From Nymphaea colorata (lineage: Eukaryota), in contig NC_045138.2 in NCBI RefSeq assembly GCF_008831285.2, positions 21,266,001 to 21,330,000 on the forward strand: a stretch of 64,000 nt of DNA, in the 5' to 3' direction. Position numbers and translations under genes: made by a program. Every line of letters starts with the position of its first letter. Within the stretch, counting starts at the first letter, position 1. The notes beneath the pieces were generated by a model that was given only the letters and a program-made list of their open reading frames with translations, was not told the origin of the DNA and made no database searches. Below, one piece after another: positions 1-13,725 of the stretch.

Positions 1-980
1 AAAATAAATATTAAAATTTTCAATGTAGATTTCAGAGAAAGTTACTCCCACCCCCACAGGGGAAAGCTTTCAAAGATAAAGAGTAGTAAATCGACCAGTA
101 TAACGCAGATGAAGCTTTTCTACTAGATTCCATCTATGTTTGAATTAGGGGCGTACTCATAATTGAAGTTTTAGCTGTTGAGCATACCCTGAAATCTTTT
201 CCAAAGTTAATCTATCATTGATCTCGGATCCCCACGGAGCCACATTGTGGTTGCTGTGGGCAATTGCCCACACCAGCCCATGAAATTTGTTTTATTTATA
301 TATATAAACTTCATTAACTTTCATTTTTCACATATAACTACCTCTTAAAATTTGAAATTTAATGTAACATTGCCCCTTAGCGAGAAATTTCTGGTTCCGC
401 CACTGCTGAGGTCCGTGGGAAATTAAACGCAACCCAATTGATATATTCTTCAGTCAACTACAATAACATCATGCAACCTCAGATTAATATTCATGGTTAT
501 AAATATGTTATTCAATATACATCAACTATGCATTATGTGCAAACATGGACCATGTGTATCAGAGAATCAGACCCACTGGTCATGTGGTCCTTGAGGGTCC
601 CCAGTCATAAAAACAAGAGGTGGCCTTAAAAGTGACCGGTTTGGCATCAAAATTGGCCGGATATTGTACCGGCCGGCGTCTTGTCCATTTTAGCTGTACT
701 GGATTCGATCGGAAGACGACTATTGAAGTATTCGGTTGCCCAGATCTGACGGGTTTACATTCTCCTGCGCCGGCCGCGGAATCTTGCCGCAAGACTGACA
801 AAGTTAGGTCCGGTAGGTATCCATTTTAATGCCCTTTTCCGTGACAGCGAACTTTCATTCAGGCCCGAGTGGCCTCACTCCATATGCTCGTATTTATGTA
901 GCCAACTAAGAAACTGTAAAGTGAATGGAACAATTTGTCGATTGTGAAGCATACAGATTGTGCTAGTTTGTAACAAAAAA

Positions 981-982
<2 letters not shown>

Positions 983-1023
<41 letters not shown>
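983..1023. repeat. (TA)n microsatellite
   Basis: About 20 perfect TA units are directly visible. Confidence 0.95.
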
Positions 1024-1027
<4 letters not shown>

Positions 1028-1069
1028 AAAGTTTTTGGGAATAGCTTAGTTTTGAGACAGCAAGATATG

Positions 1070-1517
1070 TAACAATTGTCAACGGTTCAGATCAGACATA
1101 TCTTTACTGGTATATGTTTTTTAGGATATTCACATATTCAGATTTGAATTCAAATTCGAATAAAGAAAAGTCATATCTGAATCTGAATCCGAAATCCGAT
1201 TTCACAATCTGAATCCGATCCAATTTGTATATTTATATCTGAACCCAAATTTTGAACTGAATTTTACTAAATTTTAAAATTTAATAGCATTAGATACAAG
1301 ATATTTGTCTGAAAATGAATCCAAACTGAATTCGTATCTGAATCCGATTGAATATTTATTGAATCCTAATATGTATATGATCGGATGCCATTTATTAAAT
1401 CCGAAACTAATCCAATCCAATTTCTCAATCGAATATTGAATTCTTTTTCATATCCGTTTTTTTTTGGACTAGATCAGTTCGGGTATCGGATTCAAATCGG
1501 ATATATTGACATTCCTA
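1070..1517. mobile_element. Degenerate non-autonomous DNA transposon (hAT/MITE-like), ATCCGA/TCGGAT-rich
   Basis: Dense ATCCGA/ATCTGA/TCGGAT subterminal-type motifs. The right end reads ...TTGACATTCCTA and a partial inverse, TGTCAACGG, lies near 1077. The left boundary is uncertain and no TSD was seen. Confidence 0.5.
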
Positions 1518-4500
1518 GTGACTAACATAGGCGGCTGGGGACAGTAACAAAGCTACTTGTTGACTAGAGTGGGCCACTGCCCACATGAGCCCATCAAATC
1601 ACATTAAACTAACTCTACCTTACATTATTATGACTTTAAAATTATATGCAATGCCTACAGTAAATTTTGTGTCACCAATGCAAGTGCCGATCACTAAAAA
1701 ATTCTGGCTCCGCCATTGGTTGGAGACATTACATATATTGCAAGATAAGTTCGTGTTTTATGCCGTCAAACACACACTATTCAATTTTTTGGGGAATTGT
1801 AGACTTCAAAAACTTTGACACAAGTTCAATCTTTGCTTTTTTTTTATAAACGTAAGACTTTTTTTTTTCTATTTTTTTTCAATTGTTGAAGTAGTTTTGT
1901 ATTTATTACAAGAATTGATGATGAATTGTCCGATCATCCTAATTGGTGGTTTACAATTTGCCATGTGTAAAACTTTTTTTTTCTTTTCTTTTTCGAAGTA
2001 CCAGTAATACAGTAAGAACGCAGGCTTTCGGTCTAAAATTGGAACTCAACATCCAGTGGAGCGTGGAGAATCGAGTCCTTCAGTGGGTCCAATTTCTGAT
2101 CCAGTACTAAGCCAGATGGATCCCATAAAGTAAAGAATGCAAATCCATTGGCAGATTCAGAACTGGATCATATTAGATATCTATCTATCATCGATCTCGG
2201 TTTGTCATATAAGATTCTTTATCGTTCCCCGAGTGATCCGTAACATTTCAGTTTTCACTTTAATAGTTCATGACAACGGTAAGGACCGACATATTTTCAA
2301 ATCTTAACTGTAATTTAATAAGAAACTGAAGGTATTATTCTAGCAGAATACTTTGTAATTCATGCACGATTATTTGATATAGAGTCGCGAGTACATGGGT
2401 TGGCTATGGTTTCCAGCATTTCAATTTTCCGGGCAGATCGAACCCAATATGAAATGGACTTAGCAACATAAAATTCATACAATATATTATAGAAAATGAA
2501 CGATAGACTTGCCCTATGTTCTTCTTTTTGAATTATAAAATAATTTAAAGCATATCAAATCGACTTAAACACTATAAAATAATGTGAAGGAACGTTTTTT
2601 CACGACATTTGCATCTGCATATGTGCCATCTGTAGATTCTTCGAACCATATTCGTGCAGGAATCCTGCAACCGATTACCATCTTATTCTCTTTGTATCAC
2701 CGTTTCAGACTCACCCTCATGCTAAACAGTAAAATACTGCTTCTTTTATACTTATATGAGATCTGTGTCACTGTATACGTGTTTCCTGTGGATCTCCTCA
2801 ACTAAATTTATGTAGGAAATCCTGCGATTCATAATTTCCATCATATTCTCTTTGCATCACCGTTCTAGAATGAGCCTTATGCTAAATAGTAAGCATTGAA
2901 CTCTGCGCAAAAGCAACAAAATTTCCTGCAAGTCTATTGTTCCACACCTGCCATGGAGTTTTGAACATCTTCAATCTTACTACAAAACCAGTCCTCTCTC
3001 TCCATCTCCCGTGTGCATTAGCAATGAGGAGTGAAGACAGAACACAACTTCCTAGAAAGCTCCTCTACAGTAGCGATGCCAAGGGCTCAGACCATCTCTT
3101 TCTCTCTCTTTCTTCTGTCACAGTATCTTTTGCTTTCTTCCCCCGCTTCTCTCCCCTCCCTTCCTTTCACAGAGTAAAAAGGCAGAGTTGAACAGTTACT
3201 CAGAAGATCGCGTCGGGCAATACCCATCAAAGCAGAAGCAACCAGAAGGTTTAATTAAACCTCCGACGCTCACCATGATGAGCAGTGATCGCCACTAATA
3301 AAGCAATGCAGAAGAAAAGCGCCATGAATCGTTTCTTTGGTTCAGTGAGGCGCAGAACTGCGTGCCTCCTTTAGCTTTCTTTAACGACTGCAACGAGTAC
3401 CTCCCGCAATTATTTGATGAGAGAGAGTACGGTCTCCCTCCTCCCCAATTCACGAGGCCGCCCTCTGACTCCGTCTCAATTTATTTATTTGCTGTGATGA
3501 TAAATGATAATGACACACATCTTTTATTTTCTGCTCTCTGCTGATTAATGTTTCCATTCTTTTCTCTCTCTCCCTCTCCCTTCAACAACATCTTCAATGC
3601 TCCCTCTTTATCTGCATCTCTTGTAAATGGATATTCCCTCTCTTCATGGTGGTAAATGATAGTAGCCAACCTTATTTATTTCTCAACTTTTATCACTCCC
3701 TCTATCAATGATCTCTCTCTCTCTTTATATATATATATATGTAAAGAGATATATATGCCCATTTTGCCATCTTCTTCTTCCTAAAGCAGGTTTTGGAACT
3801 CTGTAATATTGAGGGGACAGTATTTCAAGGGGGCAGGACAAATGGCAGAACCCTCTGTTTGAGAGTTGTTAAAAAAAAAGTTGACCATTTTTTTGGTGGG
3901 TAGGTGGGGAGTTCCATGATTTCATGGTTTCAAGGGCCATCGCTTTGGAGTTTCTTCCCCAAAGCATTCACGAGAAAGATGCAGCGGCCGTGCGATCATG
4001 AACGCCAGGCCAAATACGGCACCGTTGAAACCAGAAGACGGGGAAGAGAAAGAAGTTTAAAAAAAGGCTCAAGAGAACAAAATCCAAAAATTATATTTTC
4101 GCGTTATGCGAGAATTACGGATTCTCTTTGTTTGTATTCGTCCGTTGGATTTCTAGTTTTCCTCTGCAAAAATATCTCAATAAAATAATGGTGAAAGAAT
4201 CCGGGATGGCAGCAACCATCAATGTTCATCATCATCGTCTCACTGCAAAAGCCAGAAATAGGTTACTGTGACAAGAGGTTTGAGAATTGAACCACCGAAC
4301 CTAGTGAGCCTAGAGGTGCGTCTCGGCTCGAGCCCACCCGGTTCTGTTTCCGCTGATGAGCCACACCAGTGAACACTGTCCTCATGCCCTTTCCTGTCCT
4401 CTTTAATCGGAAGTAACAAATGTCACATGGGCCGTTGTTGTGTTCATATGCATCTTCAATTTGATTCTTAAAGATGTTAATCTTCTGAACTACAAATGGT

Positions 4501-6036
4501 AATATATATGATATTCATATATGATAAACATATATGATATTCGTATATGATAAGACTACCCAACTCTAAAAGCAGCACAATGGAGGAAGGAGGCATAGCT
4601 TCAGAAATAAAAACCATACCAGTCGAGTATTCTCCATTAATGGTATCTCTCTTTGAGCCCTCTCCTTCAAATCGCCATTGTGTGCTATTCTTGTTTGGAG
4701 CCGAAGGTCTTTCTTGAAACTTGTGGTTAGACATCCCATCTCAAAGATCTAGTAACTCGAGACAGTGGCCAAGCCAAAAACATTAAGTGGGAGACAAATG
4801 TATGTAAATTTTTGATTAAGTAAGAAGGAAGTAATACAAGGAAGGACACAAATATAATTTGATATGCATATAAAATTCCTTTTACGTGGATTGGAAGCGG
4901 AGTGTCTCCTGCACTCTCTCCCATCTCTGTGAGAGGTTTGGGAGGACAGTCGGTCTCGAGATGAAACGAGAAGAACTCGTATTGGTGTAACATATAACAG
5001 TAAACAAAACGATCGATGTTTCCATAAGTAATTCATATGAATCCGAGACATTTGCTTTCTGGTTTTTTATTTTAATATATATTTGTAGAGGATGACACCC
5101 ACGAGAAAACGTTCAATTCAATCTAAGAACCAATGTATTTCAAAGTTACAATCCACTGAAATGGTTCTGCTGAATCTTAAATCTCATGCCTCTCGAGTTG
5201 CTTTTAGTGCTTACGAGTAGCATTCGTTTCAGCTTGCATATCGATACAAACTCATTTTCTTCTTCAACATAAAAGGTTGATGGTACAGTAAATTTGAAAC
5301 AAAAAACTACTCCTATCAGTTTCTGTTTCATTTGTTGCACCAACTCTTTAAGATTCTTTGCATTAAAGAGACGTTTGATGTACTTCGAATGATGAAATTT
5401 TAAAATCAAAATGCTTAATTTTTAAAACATTAAGATTATTAAACAAATGAAGTATTTTGTTTTCAAAACGAGAAAACTGAACCTGGAATTTTGAAGAGAA
5501 ATTATGATTTTAGAATTTTCTTGTATCAAAATTCGAAACCATCAAACCCGAAGAGAAGAGGATATAGATAAAACCGGTTTGAAGGTCTAAACCGGTTCAT
5601 GTCGAAAGGCTTACAGGCAGATATTGGCTACTGTACTGGCTACGTCGACATTATAGCGCCTGTTTTTTGTGGGATTAACCAGGGTAAAGGTTATAGGGAT
5701 AAACGGGTCATTTCAGGGATGACTGTGGCCGGTCAGACAGCTCAGTCTGTCTCGTGACCACCGTGCAGAGGAAAGCTCCTCATCCCATCATATATTTTGT
5801 CACCACCTTCTCAACTTTTCTGTGCTCCATCTCCATCTCCAAAAGCATTTTCCCTCTCCAAAGGAAACAAAAGCGTTGGTTGACAACGGAATCAAACATA
5901 TTCCGCCACCACCATCCTCATCTCAAGTGATCTTTTAGACCCTGCTTTGCTTTCTTCCTTCCCATCCTTGATCCTCCCCACAGAACCCATCTTTCTGCGA
6001 TACCAAGAAAGCTAAAGAAGATTTTTGGAAGCAAAA

Positions 6037-7478
6037 ATGCCTTCCTCCGAGTCCTCTGTTGGTTCCTTCTTGAGGCAGTTGAGCCACAGGGACCCTTGGA
6101 GCTCGTCGAAGAGGTGGAGCAAGAAGCAGCCGCCGGAGAAGACGCTCAGCCAGATGGAGGGCCTGAATCTCCATGAGAATGGGATGGTGCTGAGGAAGAG
6201 GGTCATGGTGGTCGTCGACTCCTCGACGCGCGCCAAGCACGCCATGATGTGGGCTCTGACCCATGTAGCCAACAAGGGTGATCTCCTCACTCTACTTCAG
6301 ATCATACCACCAAGCACCAGCAGGGGCGCCCTTGTCACCAGCGGTGATAGGACCTCCCATCTTGCCAACAGCCTCGGATCCCTTTGCAAGGCATGCAGGC
6401 CAGAGGTAATCAACTCAGCAGTCTGCAACTCGATCTGTTGCTAGTCTTTTCAGACACCCTTTCGAGAGAAATGAGCATGGCTCATCTGTCTTCTTCCGCA
6501 TCTTGGCTGCATTTTCCCTCATCTGTCTGTGTTATGCTCATTCTTGGGTCCCCTGTTTATTGCTGTCAGGTTGAAGTTGAGGCCCTTGTGATCCAAGGGC
6601 CTAAAGTGTCAACAGTCATCAGCCAAGTGAAGAAACTTGAAGCATCTGTTCTGGTTTTGGGCCAGAAGAAGCCTTCTCCTCTCAGCTGGTAGATTTCAAT
6701 GCTTACTTTCCTTCTTTTCTAGCTGGTTTCATCTCTTTATGCTGATGTCGCACTTCGTGTTTTTCTTTTTCTTTCGGTTGAGTGTCTGATTCAGTTCTAC
6801 AACACTCTGATCTCCATAAATCTGAACCATATTCACAAGTTGTAACCTTTCTATCTAAAAAAATCAGTTCAAAGATATTCTTTTTAGCTACAGTCATTCT
6901 TCCCTGTCAAACCGTCGTTTCATTTTATTGGATAGACAACTGCCATTGTGAAACTGTCTTCGCCTGCTTATTACTGGCTTTAACGATCCTTTTCCCCCTT
7001 ATTTTCACCTTTATAACCTCATTTTATTTGGAAAAACTCCGATCATTTGGCCGTCTTCCTGCTAAGACTCAGGATTAACTGAAGAGAAGGTGAAACGATA
7101 TGCAGAGTGACGTTCCACTAGAAAACAAGAAGATGGTAGTGTTCCATTCGGAGTATCCAAACAAGTGCTAAGTTCTAAAGATCCTTTTTTTGAATATGCA
7201 TTGGGGAAGCTCCTGTTCCGTTTTTCGAGAAAGAAAAGAGTACAATGTTTTTGGTTTTCGAAAAAAGAAAAAGTGGGAATCAGTACAATGTTTTTGGTTT
7301 TCAATAGGAAATTGTGTTTGGTTCTTGCAGCCTGTTCCAGAGCAGCAGTGAGGAGTTCGTGGAGCAGTGCATCAAGCACGCCGACTGCCTAACCTTGGCT
7401 GTCAGGAAGCAGAGCAGGAGCGTCGGTGGGTACCTCATCAGCACTAGATGGCAGAAAAACTTCTGGCTTCTTGCTTGA
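6037..7478 (+). CDS. Universal stress protein A-like / adenine nucleotide alpha-hydrolase-like protein, 3 exons (6037-6405, 6570-6688, 7331-7478), 211 aa
   Basis: Hand-spliced with GT-AG introns (6406-6569, 6689-7330) in matching phase, giving 636 nt including the stop. The protein has RKRVMVVVDSSTRAKHAMMWALTHV..GDLLTLLQII, VEVEALVIQG...SQVKKLEASVLVLGQKK, and the C-terminus CLTLAVRKQS..VGGYLISTRWQKNFWLLA*. These motifs are characteristic of this plant USP-like subfamily. Confidence 0.93.
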
Positions 7479-9332
7479 TCGATCTGACCATGGTCATAGC
7501 CATGCTCTTGTAATTGAGACTTTGTGCTCTGTTGTAAAACTGACTGTAATAATGAAAGCCATAAATAGTTAACCATCTTTCTAACATCCTCTCTCGATTG
7601 TGCGATCTGCAATGTCCAGAAATGAATCACTTTGTCTTCCTTGTTCTATAGTTTTACTTCAGCTGCTTATCGACATTTCTTCCCAGTTCCAGACACTGTC
7701 AAAGCACAAAAATGATGGATCAGGTAATCTGGTGGGTGGCTTTTACACACCAACTGTTTGTAATGAGAATTCAGCCAGGACCAACGTGCAGCCCGAGGTG
7801 TTGGGCAACCTTTCACCTACCGGCTCACCTGATCCTTGCTCTGTAACTGCACCAAGAACCGCAACTACCTCCAAGTTTCCTCATCTTTACTAAACCTGCA
7901 GCTGCAACTGAGAACGCCTAATCTGTAACACCACAAGGGTCTAAAACTATTATTCAATTGAGTAATTGCATGAAGTACATTTCCAAACATCTTGATCTTG
8001 CAAAGGAAGACAAATTCTGCGGCTAAAACTTGTGGTTGGCAGGAGTCCATACATGGAGATATTACCTCCCATTTTGCAGATTAAAAGCAACGAGAAAATT
8101 TTTCCTTTGTTTGCATTTGGGGGCTGAATTATGGCTTTCCACATCACAGGGCCGCTTCAATAAGATCCAGGTGGCTCAGTAGGCGACTAGTCTAGGGGTG
8201 GAATGGTCACAGAGTATGACAAACTTGCTATGTCCCATTAGTAGGGTAGGTCGAGGACCATCTCATGGGGAATCCTCTGATGTCCTCCTTGTCTTTGTCC
8301 CATGCAGTGAGACGGCGAAGGCAAGCCAGTAATCATGTTGCATTACACTTCAAGCATGCTCTCTTCAGGGTTTTGCCCTTCTCTACTGTACCGGATCCTA
8401 TCTCTTCTCCACCTTAATGCAGTTATCTGTTCCAGATTAGAGCCTTGTGCAGCCTTTCAGGCGACCAAAAGCTGTCCAAAGAAGGGTTGAATCCCTCTCT
8501 TTTTCCCTTACTCCTGTGGCCAATTCTTGTGTTGGGAGCAATTGTGGTCGAGACAAGGCATGCCTTGAACTCACTCCTTCATGATGTGCCTAGACGACGC
8601 ACTCATTGTACATGACTCAAAAGCATTCAAAGCAGAAAATGGCTTCCATGGAGGAGCTGTGAAGCGCCATGATTTCACCACTTCCAACTCCTGCAGACAA
8701 GGGTATAGAAGGGGCCCAGTGTTTGTCTTTTCTGACTGCATGGGGATCCACTTAAAGCCCAATCTTTATATAATATGAGGAAAATTTTTCACTTTGAACG
8801 ACCAAGATGTTTGCCCTTCAATAAGAACATGTCGCTTGATTCTCTTCTGGTCTTCTTCCTAGAACGTACAAATGCAGGAAGATAAAATGGTTGTACTTTC
8901 TATGAAGAGGGTGAGTCCCTACCATCAGGCTTTACGAGGGCAACACCATGTGAAAGCTCAGGCAGAAGTTACATGAGCGAAGGCTTTCAATCCGAGGGCA
9001 TTGATCTGCCCTCAATACAAGATTGCCATGGCCCCCTATCCCCACAAAGATGGCACGACGTGTCTCGCATCCATCGTGCCATGTAGGAGGGGCCTCATGT
9101 GGCCTTCTCGGACCAAGGGTGGACCGCATTGCCTAAAGAAGAGCAGAGTCTGCTCGAGCTTGGCTTGACTAATGAAACCTGGAGGTTGGTTTCGAGTCGA
9201 GCTCCACTAAACAGGCTCATGCTCAACTCAATGGTTCAGCATCGAGCTTGAACTCCACTCATTGAACTCATTTAAGCTTGTTTGAATGAGAGCTTGTTCT
9301 CAGTGAACCATCAGTTTTGACACTTGCCCATC

Positions 9333-9493
9333 CAAGGGGGGGGAGCCCAGGAATTTTTTTTTTACATTAAAAAAATCAAATTTTTTTAGTTTGGCCCGAC
9401 CGGTCGCTTCTCGTCGCTCCTCTTGGCCAGACCCTGGCCCGGCCCGCAAATCATCTTGACCCGACCCTAGAAAAAATCCTGGCTCCGCCCCTG
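9333..9493. mobile_element. 161-bp hAT-type MITE
   Basis: Imperfect TIRs CAAGGGGGGGGAGCCCAGGAATTTTT / AAAAATCCTGGCTCCGCCCCTG, flanked by a perfect 8-bp TSD TGCCCATC (9325-9332 and 9494-9501). Confidence 0.85.
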
Positions 9494-10142
9494 TGCCCAT
9501 CCATTCCTCCTCCCGACAGTCCAAAACGAAGGTTTTCTAAAGGTGAGTCAACGAGGGTCTTAGAAACCCTTGCAGCCCTCTTTGAAGTGAAGTTTATGAA
9601 GGTAAAGCCTCTCACTTGAATGTGGGTTTTTGAGAGAGACTCTGAGCGAGATGTCTAAAATCTTCACTTGATCAAGGGCAGGGGCTAGATTTTTTTTTTA
9701 ATGGGCACTGAATATATGAATATATAGATAACAACAAAGCCCACCCATGCTGGTGGGGCTGCTACATATAACTGAACCTAAGTTCACCTAAATCCAATTA
9801 AAGATTTAAGGTATTAACGTAACTCTATGAGGCCCATACCCCACAGAGACCACACTTGCCTCCGCTTCTGATTAATGGCTTTTTAAACCTAACGCGGTTC
9901 AGATTAAAGTGGGAGTTCTGCCGAAGGTTGATTGTTGGTCGTTGATGTAGTGGTGCCGGTGCTGCCCGAAGGAACCATGAAACCTCTATCGGAACAAGAT
10001 GAAGAGAGCGAGAAGACAGAAGACACATGATGAATTGAGAACATGAATTATATGTTTGGTGTTAAATAGCATTCACCATTCGTTAATGACTCGAGCCAAA
10101 TCAAGTTTAAAGGGTCCAGTTCAACAAACTCGATCTCGGCTC

Positions 10143-10569
10143 GTTTAGCAAAATGGCTGGATCACACTCGAGTTTGAGCAGAGCTTGAGTTGCTCGACTT
10201 GTTGTTTAGCAAAATGGCTGGATCACACTCGAGTTTGAGCAGAGCTTGAGTTGCTCGACTTGTTGTTTAGCAAAATGGCTGGATCACACTCTAGTTTGAG
10301 CAGAGCTTGAGTTGCTCGACTTGTTGTTTAGCAAAATGGCTGGATCACACTCGAGTTTGAGCAGAGCTTGAGTTGCTCGACTTGTTGTTTAGCAAAATGG
10401 CTGGATCACACTCTAGTTTGAGCAGAGCTTGAGTTGCTCGACTTGTTGTTTAGCAAAATGGCTGGATCACACTCGAGTTTGAGCAGAGCTCGAGTTGCTT
10501 GACTTGTTGTTTAGCAAAATGGCTGGATCACACTCGAGTTTGAGCAGAGCTCGAGTTGCTCGACTTGTT
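10143..10569. repeat. Tandem array, 7 x 61 bp, at the terminus of a hAT-like element
   Basis: The unit GTTTAGCAAAATGGCTGGATCACACTCGAGTTTGAGCAGAGCTTGAGTTGCTCGACTTGTT starts at 10143, 10204, 10265, 10326, 10387, 10448 and 10509. It is followed by GTTCAGCCCTA, which resembles the TAGGGCTGCAC TIR at 22888. Confidence 0.95.
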
Positions 10570-12721
10570 GTTCAGCCCTAAGATCCGCCCTAAGACTGAC
10601 AGCACACCACATTCCCTCTCCATACGACTGAGAATTTTCTTGAGAAAGAGAAAGAGGTGGTTCCCAAACGTGAGAATGCACATAATCTATATGTCACATT
10701 CAAGGAAATGTGACCAACAGCAACTGCCCTTTATATCATATTCAACAAAACGTGACCCGCAAGGAAAACAAATAAATTCCAGTTGATCAATATGAATCTT
10801 TGGTCATCTTTTGGTCACCATCCATTTGATCGAATTATTGGATTTATTAGTCCATGATCAGAATAGAACAAGAGAAAAATCCATGATCTGGTTTATAGAT
10901 ATAAATCATGCTTACCTCTGAAATGGAGTTATATGCTCAAAATTTATATTTTTTTTCCAAATCTAGAATCTCTCAGTCCAAATTGGTCCTTTAAAACCAA
11001 CATAAAAAAAAAAAAATCTGATTTGAGGCATTGCATAATCAAATGAGGAAAAATGGATCCACGTTTTGATATGAATATTATTGATAAAATCCAACGTTGG
11101 GTATTTGTGCGTAGCTTATTATTGGAATCACCACAAGAAGTATGGTTTTCAGTAGCGCGGAATGGACCACACGCTACTGAATGATGGTGGCGAGGGGCTC
11201 AAGGTGCTACAATGGACCTTATTTCTAACCGTTGGGGAAGCATCCGCTATGGATTATAAATTCTTTCGCGTCCGGATCGTGCAGTTGAATGGTTGAAAAT
11301 ATTAGGGCACTTTTCCTGAAGGTGAAGAAACAAATTTCCCACAAACTATTCGGGGGCTTATTCCATTCCCCTCAGTGTCAAATCCATTTTCATCTTTACC
11401 AAATGTTTGCGACGATGATGGAAGTTGCTGTGAAGATGACATCCTTACAAGAGAGTCTCTCTCTTTCGATCTTCTGCCATTGCATGAGCTACTGCCGCCG
11501 TTGTAGTCATAGAAAGGCCGAGAGGAGCAGGTCAGGATCTTTGTTTCTGTTTTCACTTTATTTTGCTGGATTTAGTCGGGTTTTAAGGCGCCTTTGGTAT
11601 TTGTTTGGTGATTCCTCTCTATGATCTTGCTTTCTGCTTATTTCCCTGTTTCTTCGTTGTTCTTCTTGATTTGTATCTTCGATGGTTTTCTTTTTTTTCA
11701 TCGTTCTTCTTGATTTTGCGTCTTCTGCTCCTGCTCTCTCCTTTCCATTCACAAATTCTTGCTAAAGATCAAAGAGATTTTTATGTTTGTCTTTGATTTT
11801 TTTTTTCAATCACATGGATCTCTTCTCTATAACTGCGATCAATGCATTTTGTTTTATGTTAAGACCCCGTTTTATTGCTTTGGTCCTCGTCTGATGTTGC
11901 TCGTGCCGTTTAGTTAGTCTTCTTTTCTCGTTTTTCTGTTTCCATTATTTCTGCTTTGATCCCAGCTTGTTTATCAGTAGGTCGCTCAATCTCATTGTGC
12001 AGAGATCCAAATATTAGTAATTGAGCAAGTTCCTTGCCACTGGTCGGCAATTTTCGGGCACCTCTCCTAAGTGAGAATTTCTGTGGCAGCAGATCCTTTT
12101 CACATAGTTATAGAACCAGTGATTCTACTATCTGAACTTTCAAAATTTCAATCATCTAAATTGGCTCTGACGCAGATTAATAGTTTGAGACTTAGAGTTA
12201 TAAATGAGGGTCTTGCGATTTTTAGCTGTATTAGATCTATAGCCACAATTATCAAGATATTTTTGAAAATATTGCGATATTAACTAAAAAATTGAAAAAA
12301 AACAATCAATTTATTGCATTTTTTTCGTAATTTTCAATTATTTGTTTATGATAGCTAAGGTGATTATCTTCCTTTTACCGGTTTGACAATGTGACATTTG
12401 AGTAACTGTGTATATAATTGTTGAAGAAAGATATTTAAGGCTAAGTTATATGTTTTCCTGTTAATATTATTCACCGACTCTTTAAAATCATTATGTTAGA
12501 GAACAATATAAATATTCGAAAAATGGACTTAATTGTTCCAGGATTGGACTGGTCATAGAATTCAAATAGGCAATCTTTTGCTTGTTGAAAGGGTCCTAAC
12601 CTCTTTTCTTGCATATTTAGATTCTTGTAGTTTGAGGGCACCAAACTCTGAATTCCTCCGTCTGTTGCTTCTATTGCTCTATCTATAGTATCTATTAGGT
12701 ATTTCAATATTTACATTGCAG

Positions 12722-13060
12722 ATCGGGACAGGTACTATATGGGGTGTTCGATGAATCATTCCACATGTAGATCTGAAGGAATCATTACTTCGTATGGTCC
12801 ATCATATCGATACAGCATTTACGAGGAAATTAAGAAGTATTCCTGTCTTTTTCTGGTAGGAAAATAAACTGCCTTATACTAACTGTAATGATCTTACATG
12901 GTAACCAAATTCAAGAAGCCTATGACAAGAAGTTGGAAGGTGGCTCCGTAGCAACTGTCATCGTTAAAGCTGATAGTCAAGTTTTAGCTACCAATACAGT
13001 AGACTCAACGGCTCTTATCTACTCAGAGTGTTGAAGTACCTGTAGGAAAATTAATGGTTA
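12722..13060 (+). pseudogene. Protein phosphatase 2C (PP2C51/At3g63340-like) pseudo-exons
   Basis: Manual translation gives FDESFHM*ILKESLLRMVHHIDTAFTR (about 12747-12825) and EAYDKKLEGGSVATVIVKADSQVLATNTVDSTALIYSEC* (about 12916-13035). These match the PP2C pattern ILKESLLRAIHDID.TF..EA....L.SGSTATV.LI.DGQI.VANVGDS.A.LCSE. In-frame stops are present, and the two segments are separated by an intron-sized gap. Confidence 0.7.
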
Positions 13061-13725
13061 TGCACCGCCTCCCTTTTTGTTTGTGACTACCACTGTTATT
13101 TATTTTTCTTGGCATGAATTGCAGTTTAGACTTGACTGCTATTCTTCCAAGTCCAGTCATGTTAATGTTTTTTTCAAACTATACTTCTAAGAGAACCATA
13201 AGTAGAGGATGGCTTACGTGAAGAAACGACAAGCCATTGGAGGTGTCTAGATGTACCGTTGCATAATGATAGCAGCGCTATGCAAACAAGAAGGAACTAT
13301 AAGCTTTCATTGTTGGTGACTCAACATGGTTTTATGCTAATTAAAGAGCGAAGAAGGATCATAAAGATCTCGTGTAGTAGCTGCTGGATGTTATGTTGTG
13401 GAGTGGGCAGGGGTTCTCTAGTCAATTGAGAGCTTGCTGTTTCTACAGCTATTGGTGATGAGTCATTTAAATGGTATGGACCTTTATGAGATTCTGGTTG
13501 AAAGAAGAACTTCATTCAAGAGGAATTGTGGAAGTTGGTTGGTTTTATAGGGTCATGAACAAAGGACCGATCCCTACAAGTTTGGCCTTTGTTGGATCTG
13601 AAATACTTATGGTGTAGAGTTTCAGGCTGGAACATCGACAAGAACAAATGCCACACTCGGTCTTGGTTTATGGAGTTTCAAATGTGGATTATTGCTTGAA
13701 GAGATGAACATACGATCAATCTAAA

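Noticed and set aside
10143..10569. Possible CRISPR array
   Set aside because: The units are contiguous with no unique spacers, there are no cas genes, and the context is eukaryotic.
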